From contig NC_043007.1 in assembly GCF_006345805.1 (NCBI RefSeq), positions 47,678,001 to 47,742,000 on the forward strand: 64,000 nucleotides of DNA. Reading direction: 5' to 3'. This document shows positions 1 to 11,630 of the stretch, in pieces. The translations under genes were made by a program, and so were the position numbers. The notes below the pieces were generated by a model. That model had not been told where the DNA came from and made no database searches. It was given only the letters and a program-made list of their open reading frames with translations. The stretch comes from Octopus sinensis (Eukaryota). The first letter of the stretch is position 1. Every line of letters begins with the position of its first letter.

Positions 1-277
1 ATAATATAAAACGATTCGACATTGAACTGAACGATTACTCATTCTTCTCACTTTTGACTTGCTCCACCTCAACAATAATCTGAAGCAGGCGAAGAAACCG
101 AAACTTCGAAATCAGTATTTAATCTTTTCCTTGGTAAAAGTTAAAGTGTGTGTGAGAAAGAGAGAGACTGTGTGTAAGCGCGCCCACGCATGTGTGTATG
201 TGTGTGTATATGTGTGTGTGTGTTTGAGTATTTACATATACATACATAGCTGTGTAGGTAGTCGATTCTGTGAATAT

Positions 278-460
278 GGACAAAAATATACATACATATA
301 AATATACATATACATACATACATATATATATACATATATATATATATACAATATATATATACATATATATATATACATATATACATATACATATATACAT
401 ATATATATATACATATATATATATACATATATACATATATATACATATATATATATAATA

Positions 461-491
<31 letters not shown>

Positions 492-535
492 ATATACATA
501 TATATATAATATATATATATTATATATATTTAATA
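278..535. repeat. Compound (TA)n/(TACA)n microsatellite
   Basis: Direct reading; explains the YIYI-type ORFs at 119-458. Confidence 0.95.
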
Positions 536-1059
536 TACTCTTGTTGCTGATGCTCTATTGTTCCTTTATCTGGGATGATAACACAGTTTGAAACCGTGCC
601 TTTTGTTACGTTTTAGGCTGTTATATGAATAGTTGTATTTGACTTTATTGGTTCCTAAGATCGTCACACATTAACTGACATTCCTACCTAAATACTTACA
701 TACGCATACAGACACACACACACACACACACAAATCTATTTTATTGCGCACTGTACTATATTACACTATATCATATTTTTGCAACGTAGATCTCGTCAAG
801 AATGACAGTATTTATTTGAGTATAGAATAAATTTTGCCAATAATGTTTGCGGAAGAATAACAACATCAGTAATGCATTACCTTATATACAAGACTTAGAC
901 ATTGTTATATCTAAGCAGATAGAAGTAAAAGCAATTAGAGAAAGGGATAGATATGTATATATGTTTGTTAGCATCTAAATAGATAGATAGTCAGACAGAC
1001 AGATACACTTTCTAATATATATACAAGGCTTAAAATTTTGATAGAGTGGCTAGACGATT

Positions 1060-2310
1060 ACATTGACCTCCAGTGCTCCGAAAGGACGAAACGCAAAGAA
1101 CGTGCAACAATCTTCCATCTCTTCTCGAATGCCCTTTGCGACAAGCATCTCCTCTCCAGCTTTATTTTCGTTTTCTGGTGGAAAAGGTAAAAGTTAACCA
1201 ACCCTAGGCTGAAGATGAAGATGCCCGTCACAATCCCTTTCACTCGCGTCTTCCATACACCTTCCTTCGCGATAGCCACTACTTAGAGGAAACAAGCCTG
1301 CTATTCCCTGTTCAGAGAAGCCGGCTGAACACTCTTAATTATAGACTCGGGTGACAGACGTGACAGCAGTTGCTCAACATAAACCCATAGCTCCGAAATC
1401 TTCGGACAATGCACAAGAGAGTGCAGAACAGTTTCACTGCCCTGCCTTCATCTTGGGCATGTTGGCGTAGATGAAGAATCATGCCTGTAGAGTTTATCCT
1501 GAACAGGTAAGACTCCTCGCTAATATTGCCATGCCAGGGACTTCTGGTAATTATCCATAGGGCCGAATGTTCTCCGGTACAGGTCGGTACGTTGACCGTC
1601 ATCGAAGCCCAGAGTTTCTCCTAGAGCATCGTCACACTTGAACTCTACCAACCCTCCATAAAACGACCAGGTAGAACTCCCGCCGCCTGCGTTGCCCGCC
1701 TGGAAGAGGAGCAAGAGTGCCTGACGGCACTCTGCTTTCCAAGCACCCAACTTCGGTCTACGCTTAATCCATGGGTTCAGTTCACTAAAGAGGTGAACCG
1801 CGAAAGCAACAGTCAGACGAACGGAGACCACACTTGCTTACCGTCCAGGTAAAGCCCAAGATCCCTCAGTTTCAACGCATTCCTGCGCTTTTTTTAGCCA
1901 TGGCACCCCCATCCCATCCTTCAGCGGTTGTTGGCAGCCAATAGAGCACCTTACAAGAGGTCCCCTGCTCCTCCGTAAAAAGCGGAAGAGTATGCGTTCC
2001 AGCTTGTTCAACCACGAATCTGGGCAAGGCTCGACGGTCAGACGGTAGGTAATTACAGATGCGATAAACACACCTGTTCACCTGCAACCTCCGCTCTCCT
2101 TTTCAGGGATATCTTCCGCTCACACTAGGTCTCGGTTAGGAGAGCCACCCTGCTCCCCACCTCGATCCAGTTCTTCTCTATCTGGAGGTCTGGACCAAAC
2201 CAAACTCCTAGCATTTTAACCGGTCAACCGTCCAACGTCTCACGACGTTATTGGGCGACATCGACTTGCTCCTCCGGGTGCCGAGTTACAAGCCGACGGA
2301 CTTATCCCGG
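1060..2310 (-). mobile_element. 5'-truncated L1/Tx1-clade LINE, ORF2 RT thumb and C-terminal region, frameshifted
   Basis: Minus-strand peptides KINRDKSVGL, MLGVWFGPDLQIEKNW, SWLNKLERILFRFL..PLVRCSIGCQQPLKDGMGVPWL and AIAKEGVWKTRVKG..KIKLERRCLSQRAFEKRW match my recollection of Tx1-like ORF2; GC/CpG-rich relative to flanks. Confidence 0.8.
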
Positions 2311-2589
2311 TTAATTTTTGCTCCTGCCCCCGCTTCGTAATCCCTTATTGCCTTACCTACCCATTGTAGGAGAACAAAAACCGAGATGGAGCACAAATTT
2401 TTGTCAGTGAATAGGCCGCAGTTTCAAAGCCACGAAAATATTTTGACACACGCTAAATTTAAATGTTGAAGTGAAACTAACGGTTATTGTGTGTTCTTAA
2501 ATGGCTTACAAACATCTTCCATACTGCAATTGTTTTTGTTGCGGCACACGATCTCGGATCAAGTCACTTGCTATGCAAGTACATCTTTC

Positions 2590-2597
2590 TATACACA

Positions 2598-2660
<63 letters not shown>

Positions 2661-2832
2661 GGAGAGAGAGAGGGGGGGAGAACAGTTAAAAAACTAAGCT
2701 TCTCCGCTCTTACAGTTTATTTCGTATCAAGGTAAATTGTTGATGTTTATTTAAACACCGATTATTCAACACGCATGGAAGCTTAGTTTTTTAACTCCTC
2801 TCCTCTCTCCCTATATATATATATATAGATAT

Positions 2833-2869
<37 letters not shown>

Positions 2870-3065
2870 CATACATACAGATATAGATATATATATATAT
2901 ATATACATACATACATACATACATACATACATACATAATACATACATACATACATACATACATACATACATACATACATACATACATACATACATACATC
3001 ATACATACATACATACATACATACATACATACATACATACATACATACATGCATACATACATACA
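2590..3065. repeat. (CA)n, (TA)n and long (TACA)n microsatellites
   Basis: Direct reading. Confidence 0.95.
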
Positions 3066-3172
3066 TAATTTGCTGTCTTCGACCCGGCAAGTTAGAAGCA
3101 TGTTGAATAGTGAACGAAAAAGCATGAAAGTATGACTTTTTCTTTCTATCTAACTATTTTGAAACATTTATA

Positions 3173-3879
3173 TACTAGCTGACGTACCCGGTAATTTCCG
3201 GCAAAGCGAGGCTTATCCCTTGGTTCCGTTCTCATAATTGTTTCACTATTCCAATAACAGCAATACAAAGTATGTAGACCTTAAAACGTTTTTTGTGCAT
3301 TTACAGAGAATATCGAACTGTCTTACACAGGATCTTCTTTTTAGGAATTCCCAATAAGTTATGAATACACAATTTGTAATAACATGACATTAGTTACCCG
3401 ATTGTAAGAATTCAAATAAAGTAGCCCTGAAAAGAGTTTTAATGCGTTCCTAGATTATATAGAATTTAGGAGGAAATACTAATAAGGTATGTATACTAAA
3501 ATCGTGAAATATGCTACGTAATAACAGGCTAATTAGTTATGAGATAATAACAATTCAAAGTAAATAACTCTGAAGAAGGCTTTTATGCGTTCCCAGAGAA
3601 TATTACCCTCAGCGGTGTTAGTGCTGGTATATTCATGAATAAGTCAGTAACCGAAATAAGTGGATTTATTGTTTAGGAAAATACTATTTACTTGTTTAAG
3701 GGTTGTACTGGACAAATTGCGAACATATCTCTAACAGTTCAAATACAAAGAAATAAGCATACTCAATTTGAGTTATACCAAATAATTTAGGAAAATGAAT
3801 GAGTTATTTCCCTTAGCTATATACTTAAGGATCCCTTCTAGGGGCGAATAGGTTATTTCCTTTGGCTGTTAAAAGAAAT

Positions 3880-3910
<31 letters not shown>

Positions 3911-4075
3911 CGACTTTTTTCAGCAATCTGAGTATGCCATGAGGTTTCTAGACATGGGTTCTACTCACGTGTCAAGTTTCACATCAAAATTGATAAAACG
4001 ATGTATGAGGAGTTAGCTACCAACTCCACAAACACACCCACAGACAAAATTTCCCACATACGTAATAGATATATG
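3173..4075 (+). mobile_element. Possible non-autonomous Helitron/Helentron-like element
   Basis: Begins TACTAGCTGACGTACCCGG and ends CACAGACAAAATTTCCC..(TA)n, termini resembling invertebrate non-autonomous rolling-circle elements; no coding capacity. Confidence 0.35.
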
Positions 4076-4135
<60 letters not shown>

Positions 4136-4289
4136 GTATACACATATATATATATACACATGTGTGTGTATGTATATATATATACACACACACATACACA
4201 CACACACGCACACACATATATACATAGATGCATAGAAGAATCAAAGGTTCTTCCCCAACCATTGGCTCGGAAGACCGGTTCCCGGAATC

Positions 4290-4462
4290 TGCAGTTTACA
4301 CATTAACCACCACCCTCACTACCGGACGGGATGCCGGTGCATTGCTGGAACAATGTGAAATTAAGTGTTTTGCTCAAGAAAACAACACATCACCCCGTCC
4401 AGGAATCGAAACCAGAATCTTGCGATCACGTGTGCAACAGCCTAACCACTAAGCCACGAACC
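4290..4462 (-). mobile_element. tRNA-derived SINE, family C, partial
   Basis: Head GTGGCTTAGTGGTTAGG..GGTTTCGATTCC followed by TTGAGCAAAACACTT; matches the copy at 5416-5740. Confidence 0.8.
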
Positions 4463-5062
4463 TCTCCATATGTGTGTGTGCGTGTGTATGCATGTATATA
4501 CGTATTCCTAATCGAACAGTGTCATAAATAATAATGTTTCTCCGTGAGAATGGATGTCATAGATAGCGACTGTTCCAACGCATATACTGTCATAAAAATG
4601 TGTAGCAAAAAAGCATATTACAATGAATCGAATGAATATAGCATTTAATAATGCGATCGACCGTAGAATTAGCTTCTATATTATCTCTTTTTGAAGAAGA
4701 ATTGTCCAAAACGTTAGATTTTTAAACTTTTCATACTTCGTAATAATCAACTACAAACTTTTGTGAATTAAATTTTTTAACAGAGACCACCACCAAGTGT
4801 CCTCCGATTCCTGATCTTATCACACAAGATCAGTCATTTACCTAATACCAACAAAATCCTGCCATCTAACATATCCTCCCTATATAACGTATGCCAATAA
4901 TTTCCAAAGAGATGAGGTTGTGTACATTGAAAAGGGAACAGAGTTTGTTATTTTTAATAAAATTGTGATAGTTTTAAACTTGTTAGTTTAAAACTTGTTT
5001 GGACAACACCATGACAAAGAAATATGAATTATATGGAATCCAAATTATAATTCATCTTCTTG

Positions 5063-5133
5063 TTAAGAGATGAAGATCTTGTAAAGCTTCACCCATATTT
5101 TGAGTGAGGGTCTAATTGAGAATGTTGATTTAT
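5063..5133 (-). CDS. Candidate terminal exon 5 of the minus-strand gene ((Y)KSTFSIRPSLKIWVKLYKIFIS*)
   Basis: Acceptor ctccttggtcgtcag|AT; phase 1 matches exon 4. One extra A in the A4 run at 5098-5101 would give PSLKNMGEALQDLHLLTRR* (stop ending at 5052), so the end is uncertain. Confidence 0.3.
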
Positions 5134-5415
5134 CTGACGACCAAGGAGTAAGCATTTAAATGGCTATCGAGCTGCTAGAAATAACAGCTGCAACATCTTT
5201 AGATACTGTTTCGTTTAAAAGATCAGAATATACATTGGTGAATGTATTACTGGATATACAAAAGTACGGGACAGTCATGTTTGGAATTCATTTGATCGTG
5301 GATCTACTCGATCAGGTATAGCTTCGGGCTAAACAGCAACAACAACTGACATGACACTCCATGAATGTGTAACACACAAACACACACGCACACACACACA
5401 CACACATGCACACAT

Positions 5416-5740
5416 TAAAAAAGACTCCGCCGGTTACGACGACGAGGGTCCCAGCTGATACGATCAACGGAACAGCTTGCTCGTGAAATTAACGTGCAAA
5501 TGGCTGAGCATTCCACAGACACGTGTACCCTTAACGTAGTTCTCGGGGATAATCAGCGTGAGACAGAGAGTGACAAGGCTGACCCTTTGAAATACAAGTA
5601 CAACTCATTTTTGCCAGCTGAATGGACTGGAGCAACGTGAAATAAAGTGTCTTGCTCAAGGACACAACGCGTCGCCGGGAATCGAACTCACAACCTTACG
5701 ATCATGAGCCGAATGCCCTAACCACTAAGCCACGCGCCCT
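5416..5740 (-). mobile_element. tRNA-derived SINE, family C, near full length
   Basis: A box TGGCTTAGTGG, B box GAGTTCGATTC, central GTCCTTGAGCAAGACACTT; homologous copy at 62537-62860. Confidence 0.9.
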
Positions 5741-5952
5741 CACCATGCACACATACACACACACATATGCATTATATATTTTTATTCTTTTACTTGTTTT
5801 AGTCATCAATCTGCGGCCATGCTGGGACAACACCTTAACGAATTTTAGTTGAACGAATCGACTCATATTTTTTTAAAACTTAGTATTTATTCTATCAGCT
5901 TCTTTTCCCGAACCGCTAAGTTACAGGGACGCAAACATACCAAAACTCTCTC

Positions 5953-5991
<39 letters not shown>

Positions 5992-6227
5992 GGGGGACAG
6001 ACAGACAGACAGACAGGCAGAAACAGACAGACAGACAGAGACAGACAGACAGACGGTGACAGACAGACAGACAGAGATAGAGAGGAAGGGACATACAAAG
6101 AGTGAGTATGTATACATACACACACACAGCATTAAAGTAATTGGTTTAGATAATACAATAAATTCTGGAATTCTCCCTATTTTTGATAGGATTAGGCGGG
6201 TAAGATATTAGTTTTTTACTTCCTTAC

Positions 6228-6329
6228 AGTTTAAACTATATGCCATATGGTCATGTACTAATGAATGCCATTTTGATCTTGCTTCATCAACAGCGCTAAA
6301 AGTTACGCCGATTTTTCTGGGAAGAATTC
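6228..6329 (-). CDS. Candidate exon 4 ((G)ILPRKIGVTFSAVDEARSKWHSLVHDHMAYSLN)
   Basis: Acceptor tatttattttatactcataag|GA, donor ACT|GTAAGG; 102 nt, phase 1 to 1, open frame. Confidence 0.45.
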
Positions 6330-6403
6330 CTTATGAGTATAAAATAAATAGCTTCGCACCTCATTTCTCGGAAAACCGATTTATTAACTACCACCAAACT
6401 GAC

Positions 6404-6449
6404 CAATTATCTTCGCAACATTTCTTGTCTTCTTCAGTGTTACGTATTC
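6404..6449 (-). CDS. Candidate exon 3 (EYVTLKKTRNVAKII(G))
   Basis: Strong acceptor tgtattatttctctgcag|GA, donor TTG|GTCAGT (alternative same-phase donor at 6392 adds GQFG); 46 nt, phase 0 to 1; 74-nt intron to exon 4. Confidence 0.5.
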
Positions 6450-6737
6450 CTGCAGAGAAATAATACACAAAATGGCAGCAGTAAGGCGTCTTCAGCTTCA
6501 GAATTGCAATTCTTTCACACTGCATATAAATACTCCACCGTCATTACAACAGTTGTCACTTTATATTTACTATGATAAAGCAAGGACAGAGCCAGTAGTC
6601 GAAATTACACTACAGCCACCTTCATGTAACACGTACGATCTAACGTGGTTCTGTTTCTGTATCGATATAACCTTGACTCTCAGTCCCTTCTTATACATCC
6701 TTCCTTTCTGACTCTCTCCGCCGAATCTCATACACTC

Positions 6738-7137
6738 GTAGGAGTGGCTGTGTGGTAAGTAGCTTGCTTACGAACCACATGGTTCCGGGTTCAGTCCCAT
6801 TCCGTGGCACCTTGGGCAAGTGTCTCCTACTAGAGCCTCGGGCTGACCAAAGCCTTGTGAGTGGATTTGGTGGATGAAAACTGAAAGAAGCCCGTCATAT
6901 ATATGTATATAAATATATATGTGTATGTGTGTATATATGTTCGTGTGTCTGTGTTTGTCCCCACCAACATCGCTTGACAACCGATGCTGGTGTGTTTACG
7001 TCCCCGTAACTTAGCGGTTCGGCAAAAGAGACCGATAGAATAAGTACTAGGCTTACAAAGAATAAGTCCTGGGATCGATTTACTCAACTAAAGGCGGTGC
7101 TCCAGCATGGCCACAGTCACATGACTGAAACAAGTAA

Positions 7138-7138
<1 letters not shown>
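6738..7138 (+). mobile_element. tRNA-derived SINE, family A, full length with internal microsatellite
   Basis: Head GGAGTGGCTGTGTGGTAAG..GGGTTCAGTCCC, CCTTGGGCAAGTGTC core, tail GACTGAAACAAGTAAA; many homologous copies in the window. Confidence 0.92.
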
Positions 7139-7175
<37 letters not shown>

Positions 7176-7399
7176 TATATATACATATATACATATATAT
7201 TATCTTATTTAGGGTTAAAAGTTCTATTGCCACCACCATCACCACTAGCAACAATAATTAAGGTCCTGACAATGATGATGATGACAATTAAAATATAAAA
7301 AAATCCCTGACAAAGGCTATTTACAACATTTCTAAAAATAGCCCAACAATTGCTGCCTCGGCCGGGGTTAAGATACAGGACTCTTGACATGTTCAACAA

Positions 7400-7740
7400 A
7401 GCGTGACGCCTAAACCAATCAGCTCAACCAACCAATCAGCTTAAGTAATTGAGTGATACTACACACTGATTGGTCAGAATACAGTTTGCAAAACATAGCA
7501 ATCTGGAGCCTACACAGCTGTATTTAAGGCACAGATTTAATCATCTCGCTATAGTCAAAAATTGTGAAGCATGAACCTGAAGATTGCAGAATTTAATGCA
7601 TGAAAATACTAGTTCAATCTGAATGAACATTTAACATTCTATTATATTATTTTATTTTATTATATTACATTATCTTATATTATATCATTATAAGATTGTA
7701 AATAAAACGTGAAAATCAGACAAGGTTGGAATTCCTTTTA
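7400..7740 (+). mobile_element. Probable solo Penelope-like terminal repeat with degenerate hammerhead motif (7571-7616)
   Basis: TGAAC-CTGAAGA-TTGCA-loop-TGCAT-GAAA-ATACTA-GTTCA: stem I (TGAAC/GTTCA) and stem II (TGCA/TGCA) present, stem III degenerate; CCAAT motifs upstream, AATAAA downstream. Confidence 0.45.
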
Positions 7741-7785
7741 TTAATATATTCTTCTATACACAATCACACACACCCGTATATATAC

Positions 7786-7816
<31 letters not shown>

Positions 7817-7851
7817 TGTATGTATGTATGTATGTATATACATATATAGAC

Positions 7852-7976
7852 GCAGGCGTAGCTGTGTAGTAAGGAGCTTGCTTCCCAACCACACGGTTCC
7901 GAGTTTAGTCCCACTGCGTGCCATCTTGGACAAGTTGCCTCGTGCCGACAAAACGGAAACTGAAAGAAAACCGTCA

Positions 7977-8066
<90 letters not shown>

Positions 8067-8174
8067 CGTGCCGCAGCCAAATTACTGAAACAAGTAAAAG
8101 AAAAAAAAAGATACATATGCAAATAGACAGACAGACAGATAGATAGATACATAGATAGATAGATACATAGATAC

Positions 8175-8260
<86 letters not shown>
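7852..8260 (+). mobile_element. Family A SINE, internally deleted, with long (TG)n and a following (TAGA)n array
   Basis: SINE head at 7852-7975, (TG)n about 7985-8065, tail ACTGAAACAAGTAAAAG, then (GATA)n. Confidence 0.85.
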
Positions 8261-8329
8261 AATATTTTGACGCCAGCTTCTGACTCACTCGCTACTGAAA
8301 GTAGTCGTACTTGCGTATTTTTTTACGGA

Positions 8330-9140
8330 AACGCACAGTACGAAACGATAAATGAAGAAGGACAATGGGAGACCTTTCGCACTGGGATCGATGTAAATGA
8401 CTAACTCTCTTCCCCGAAATTGCTGGCCTTGCGCCAAAATTTGAAACCAATATTAAATGAAAGTCACAATGCAGTGAGGGGGCAGAATCGTTGGCACACT
8501 GGCCAAAATGCTTCGCAGCATCTCGTCCGTCTTCATGTTCTGAGTTAAAATCGCGCAAAGATCGACTTTACATTTCATTCTTGCGGGGGCAATAAAACAA
8601 GTACCAGTTGAGCAGTGAGGTCGATATAATCGACTTATCTCCTTATCCGAAGTTACTGGCCTTGTGCCAAAATTTGAAACCAATATTAACTGGGAGACAA
8701 ATACTAAAAGAACTGTTTAGGTGCATCTATAGTCCCCCTCCTATCTCTTTGTTCACAGTACCATATAAAAGTCTTCACCGGCCATTAAGAGAAGCACTGT
8801 TCTGAAGCAAGGAAGTTGAAATAATTTTGAGTGGTGGCTACAAGTATTTCAGAAGTTTTTGAAGAAAGAACGTCCAAATATTAATAATTATTAGGTAAAC
8901 AAAATAGAACAAATTGAGTTTGTTATTAATATCATTTTCCGAAGACAGTGAGCTGACAGAATCGTTAGCACGTTGAACAAAAACCCTTAGCGGCATTTCG
9001 TCCGTCTTCGCGTTCTGAGATCAAATTCCGCCGAGGTCGTCTTCACCTTTCATTCTTTCGGAGCACTGGGGTTTATGTAATTGACTTACCCTTTCCCACG
9101 AAATTGCTGGCCTTGTGCCAGAATTTGAAATCGAATAAGC
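8330..9140. mobile_element. Cluster of family B SINE copies, mostly + strand
   Basis: Repeated GAATCGTT(A/G)GCAC, (AA)ATTCCGCCGAGGTCG and GAAATTGCTGGCCTTGTGCCAAAATTTGAAACC modules; the interval also spans candidate exon 2 (8762-8801). Confidence 0.8.
8762..8801 (-). CDS. Candidate exon 2 ((R)TVLLLMAGEDFYM)
   Basis: Strong acceptor ttcaacttccttgcttcag|A, donor ATG|GTACTG; 40 nt, phase 2 to 0, bridging exons 1 and 3. Confidence 0.5.
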
Positions 9141-9647
9141 TTGAAAACGAATAAACTTAATATTATAAATAACTGCTACGACAACACTTACAACGTCAAC
9201 AATTATAATTGGCTTCGAAATGGGAAAAAGTAAATAAACTACACGTGAATGTAAATTCCTTTCAAATTTTAAACACAAGCCCAGTAATTTTTGAAGGGAG
9301 GGGTAAGTCCATTACACTGACCCAGTACTTGACTGGTACTTATTTTATCGACTCCAAACAGATGAAAGGTAAAGTGGATCTCAGCGTGATTTAAACTCAG
9401 AAGATAAAGTCAGATGAAATGTTACAAAGCAGATTATCCAGCGTGGTAACAATTCTGCCTGTTTACTTTCTTGTCTAGAAACGTAAATTATAAACAGTAA
9501 ATAAAAAAAGCATATTTTCATAATGTTTATATTTCTGCTTCAATTTTTATGAATGTAAATATTACATATAATCAGAGCCGGTCAAGAACAAAACAAATTC
9601 GAATCAGAATATATCATCCAAACAGCAACCCATCACAGAACACTTAC

Positions 9648-9907
9648 CTGATAACTTCTTTGTTTGTTGTCCATAAATTCAAAGATGGTTTTTCAGAAAC
9701 GACAGATGGCGATTTACAATCCAGCGCTTCAGGAACTTGAAGTTCACTGGCAATTTTATTATTTTCCCCTTCAACATTATTTTCCACCGAACTACGACCT
9801 AATTGAGCATCTTGAGAGCTTTCTGTTACTAAACCATGTTCTTCCGTTTTTTTATCTAATAAAGGGCTTGACGTAGTATCTGTTACCAAACTTTCTGTGT
9901 CAGCCAT
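9648..9907 (-). CDS. First coding exon of an uncharacterised protein (MADTESLVTD...NLWTTNKEVI)
   Basis: AAGATGGC start context, 260-nt non-repetitive open frame rich in S/E/T, consensus donor CAG|GTAAGT, phase 2. Confidence 0.7.
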
Positions 9908-10299
9908 CTTCAATCAAAATGGCAGTGATGTTTATTTTCCGGGGGGCTTTTTATTGCAATTCTTTTCCTTTCTTTCTTGCTTCCCTGTTTGTTGGGTTAA
10001 GTTTTTTTGTGTTGTTGTTGCTGTTGGGGTTTTTTTCTCTCTTTTTCCTTGTTCACTTTTTACAATCTTGTAATGGAAAACAGAATTTGCCAGTGGCTTG
10101 GTTTGCAAGAAATTGTTTTATTTCCTTCCACCTTTCGAATAATATTTTGTACTAAGAGGTAGAAATTTTTTTTCACAAACTTACAAGTGGCACCGTGTGC
10201 TCAGTGCCTGTGTTGCTTTCTTCTTTCTCCTCGTGTGTCTGTACATGTGTGTGTGTGTACTCCGTGACATCTTGTGATGATATCGCTCGATATTGATGA

Positions 10300-11199
10300 G
10301 AAAAGAGAGTTTCTTCACAAACTTTGCAGGTGTCCGTCTCCCCCTCTCTCTCATTCTCTCATTCTCTCTTTTTCTTTCTCTCTCTTTCTCACTTTCTTTC
10401 TCTCTCCCCTCCCCCTCTCTTCCTCCATCGTTTTCCCTCTCCCTGTTTATATATTTATCATCTTTTGCCATAGCAACTGTCTAATTAACCTCCCAACCGA
10501 GTCTGTGTTTCATGTAGAACTATTTTCAGTTTCATTCCTCTCCTACTCTCAGCTTCCGTCACTCTGTTTTTTTTTTTTTTGGCTGTATGTATATATGTAT
10601 GTACGTATGTATGTATATGTATATACATGTGTGTGCGCGTGTACGAAAATATGTGTGTGTATGCGTAGACATGTTTGTGTGTGCGTGTGTGTTTTGTATC
10701 TGTTTGTTTCTTCTCATCCAAGAGAAAATAACTACACAGTCATATTTCATTTGTTTTATCTCAAATCCACCCGTCTGTTGCTTCTCGCTTCTCCTCCCCC
10801 ATTTCATTATCTTTCGACAGATGTGGCTGGGTGGGTGGGTTTGGTGGCGATGCATGTGCGCGTGTGCAATGCTTTGGTTTATTCACTATATTCTTTGTGT
10901 ATGTGTGCTCATGTCCACTTTATCTCTTATGCTTCCCCCACCCCCGATTTCCTTTCTAGTCTCTCTTTCAAATACTACACTACATTTTCCCTTTCATTCT
11001 CTCTCTCCTCGCCCTCACCATTCTCTACCTTTCCACCGATGTAACTATCTATCGCTTCCTCTTTCTCTTTTTCTCTCTTCTCTATTTCCACCTCTTTCTC
11101 TCTCTCCCTCTTTCTTTACCTTTCCATTTGTGTCTCTCTTTATCTTTCCATCTGTGTAACTATCTATCGCTTCCTCTTTCTCTTTTTCTCTCTTCTCTA

Positions 11200-11236
<37 letters not shown>

Positions 11237-11630
11237 CCTCTTTCTTTACCTTTCCATTTGTGTCTCTCTTTCTCTCTCTATCTTTCCATTTGTATCTCTC
11301 TCTTTCTCTCTCTTTCTCTCTCCCTCTTTCTTTCCCTTTTCATCGTCTCTCCTCTATCTTTCCATTTGTATCTCTCTTTCTCTCTCTATCTTTCCATTAT
11401 CTCTTCTCTATCTTTCCATTTGTGTCTCTCTCTCTTTCTCTCTCCCTCTTTCTTTCCCTTTTCATCGTCTCTCCTCTATCTTTCCATTTGTATCTCTCTT
11501 TCTCTCTCTATCTTTCCATTATCTCTTCTCTATCTTTCCATTTGTGTCTCTCTCTTTCTCTCTCCCTCTTTCTTTCCCTTTTCATCGTCTCCCCTCTATC
11601 TTTCCATTTGTGTCTCTCTTCCTCTTCCCC
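10300..11630. repeat. Polypyrimidine tract with a (CT)-rich compound minisatellite (about 120-bp duplicated units)
   Basis: Units such as GTAACTATCTATCGCTTCCTC (11041, 11156) and CATCGTCTCTCCTCTATCTTTCCATTTG (11341, 11463, and a variant at 11583) recur. Confidence 0.85.

Noticed and set aside
59-458. Overlapping 60-105 aa ORFs (also 2487-3125, 3979-4306, 19382-20091, 55101-55493, 57798-58346)
   Set aside because: Translations of TA/CA/TACA microsatellites (YI, HT, CV runs); not genes.
6472-6711. Plus ORF MAAVRRLQLQ.. with CAAAATGGC start context
   Set aside because: No recognisable homology or downstream exon chain; overlaps the acceptor region of the better supported minus exon.
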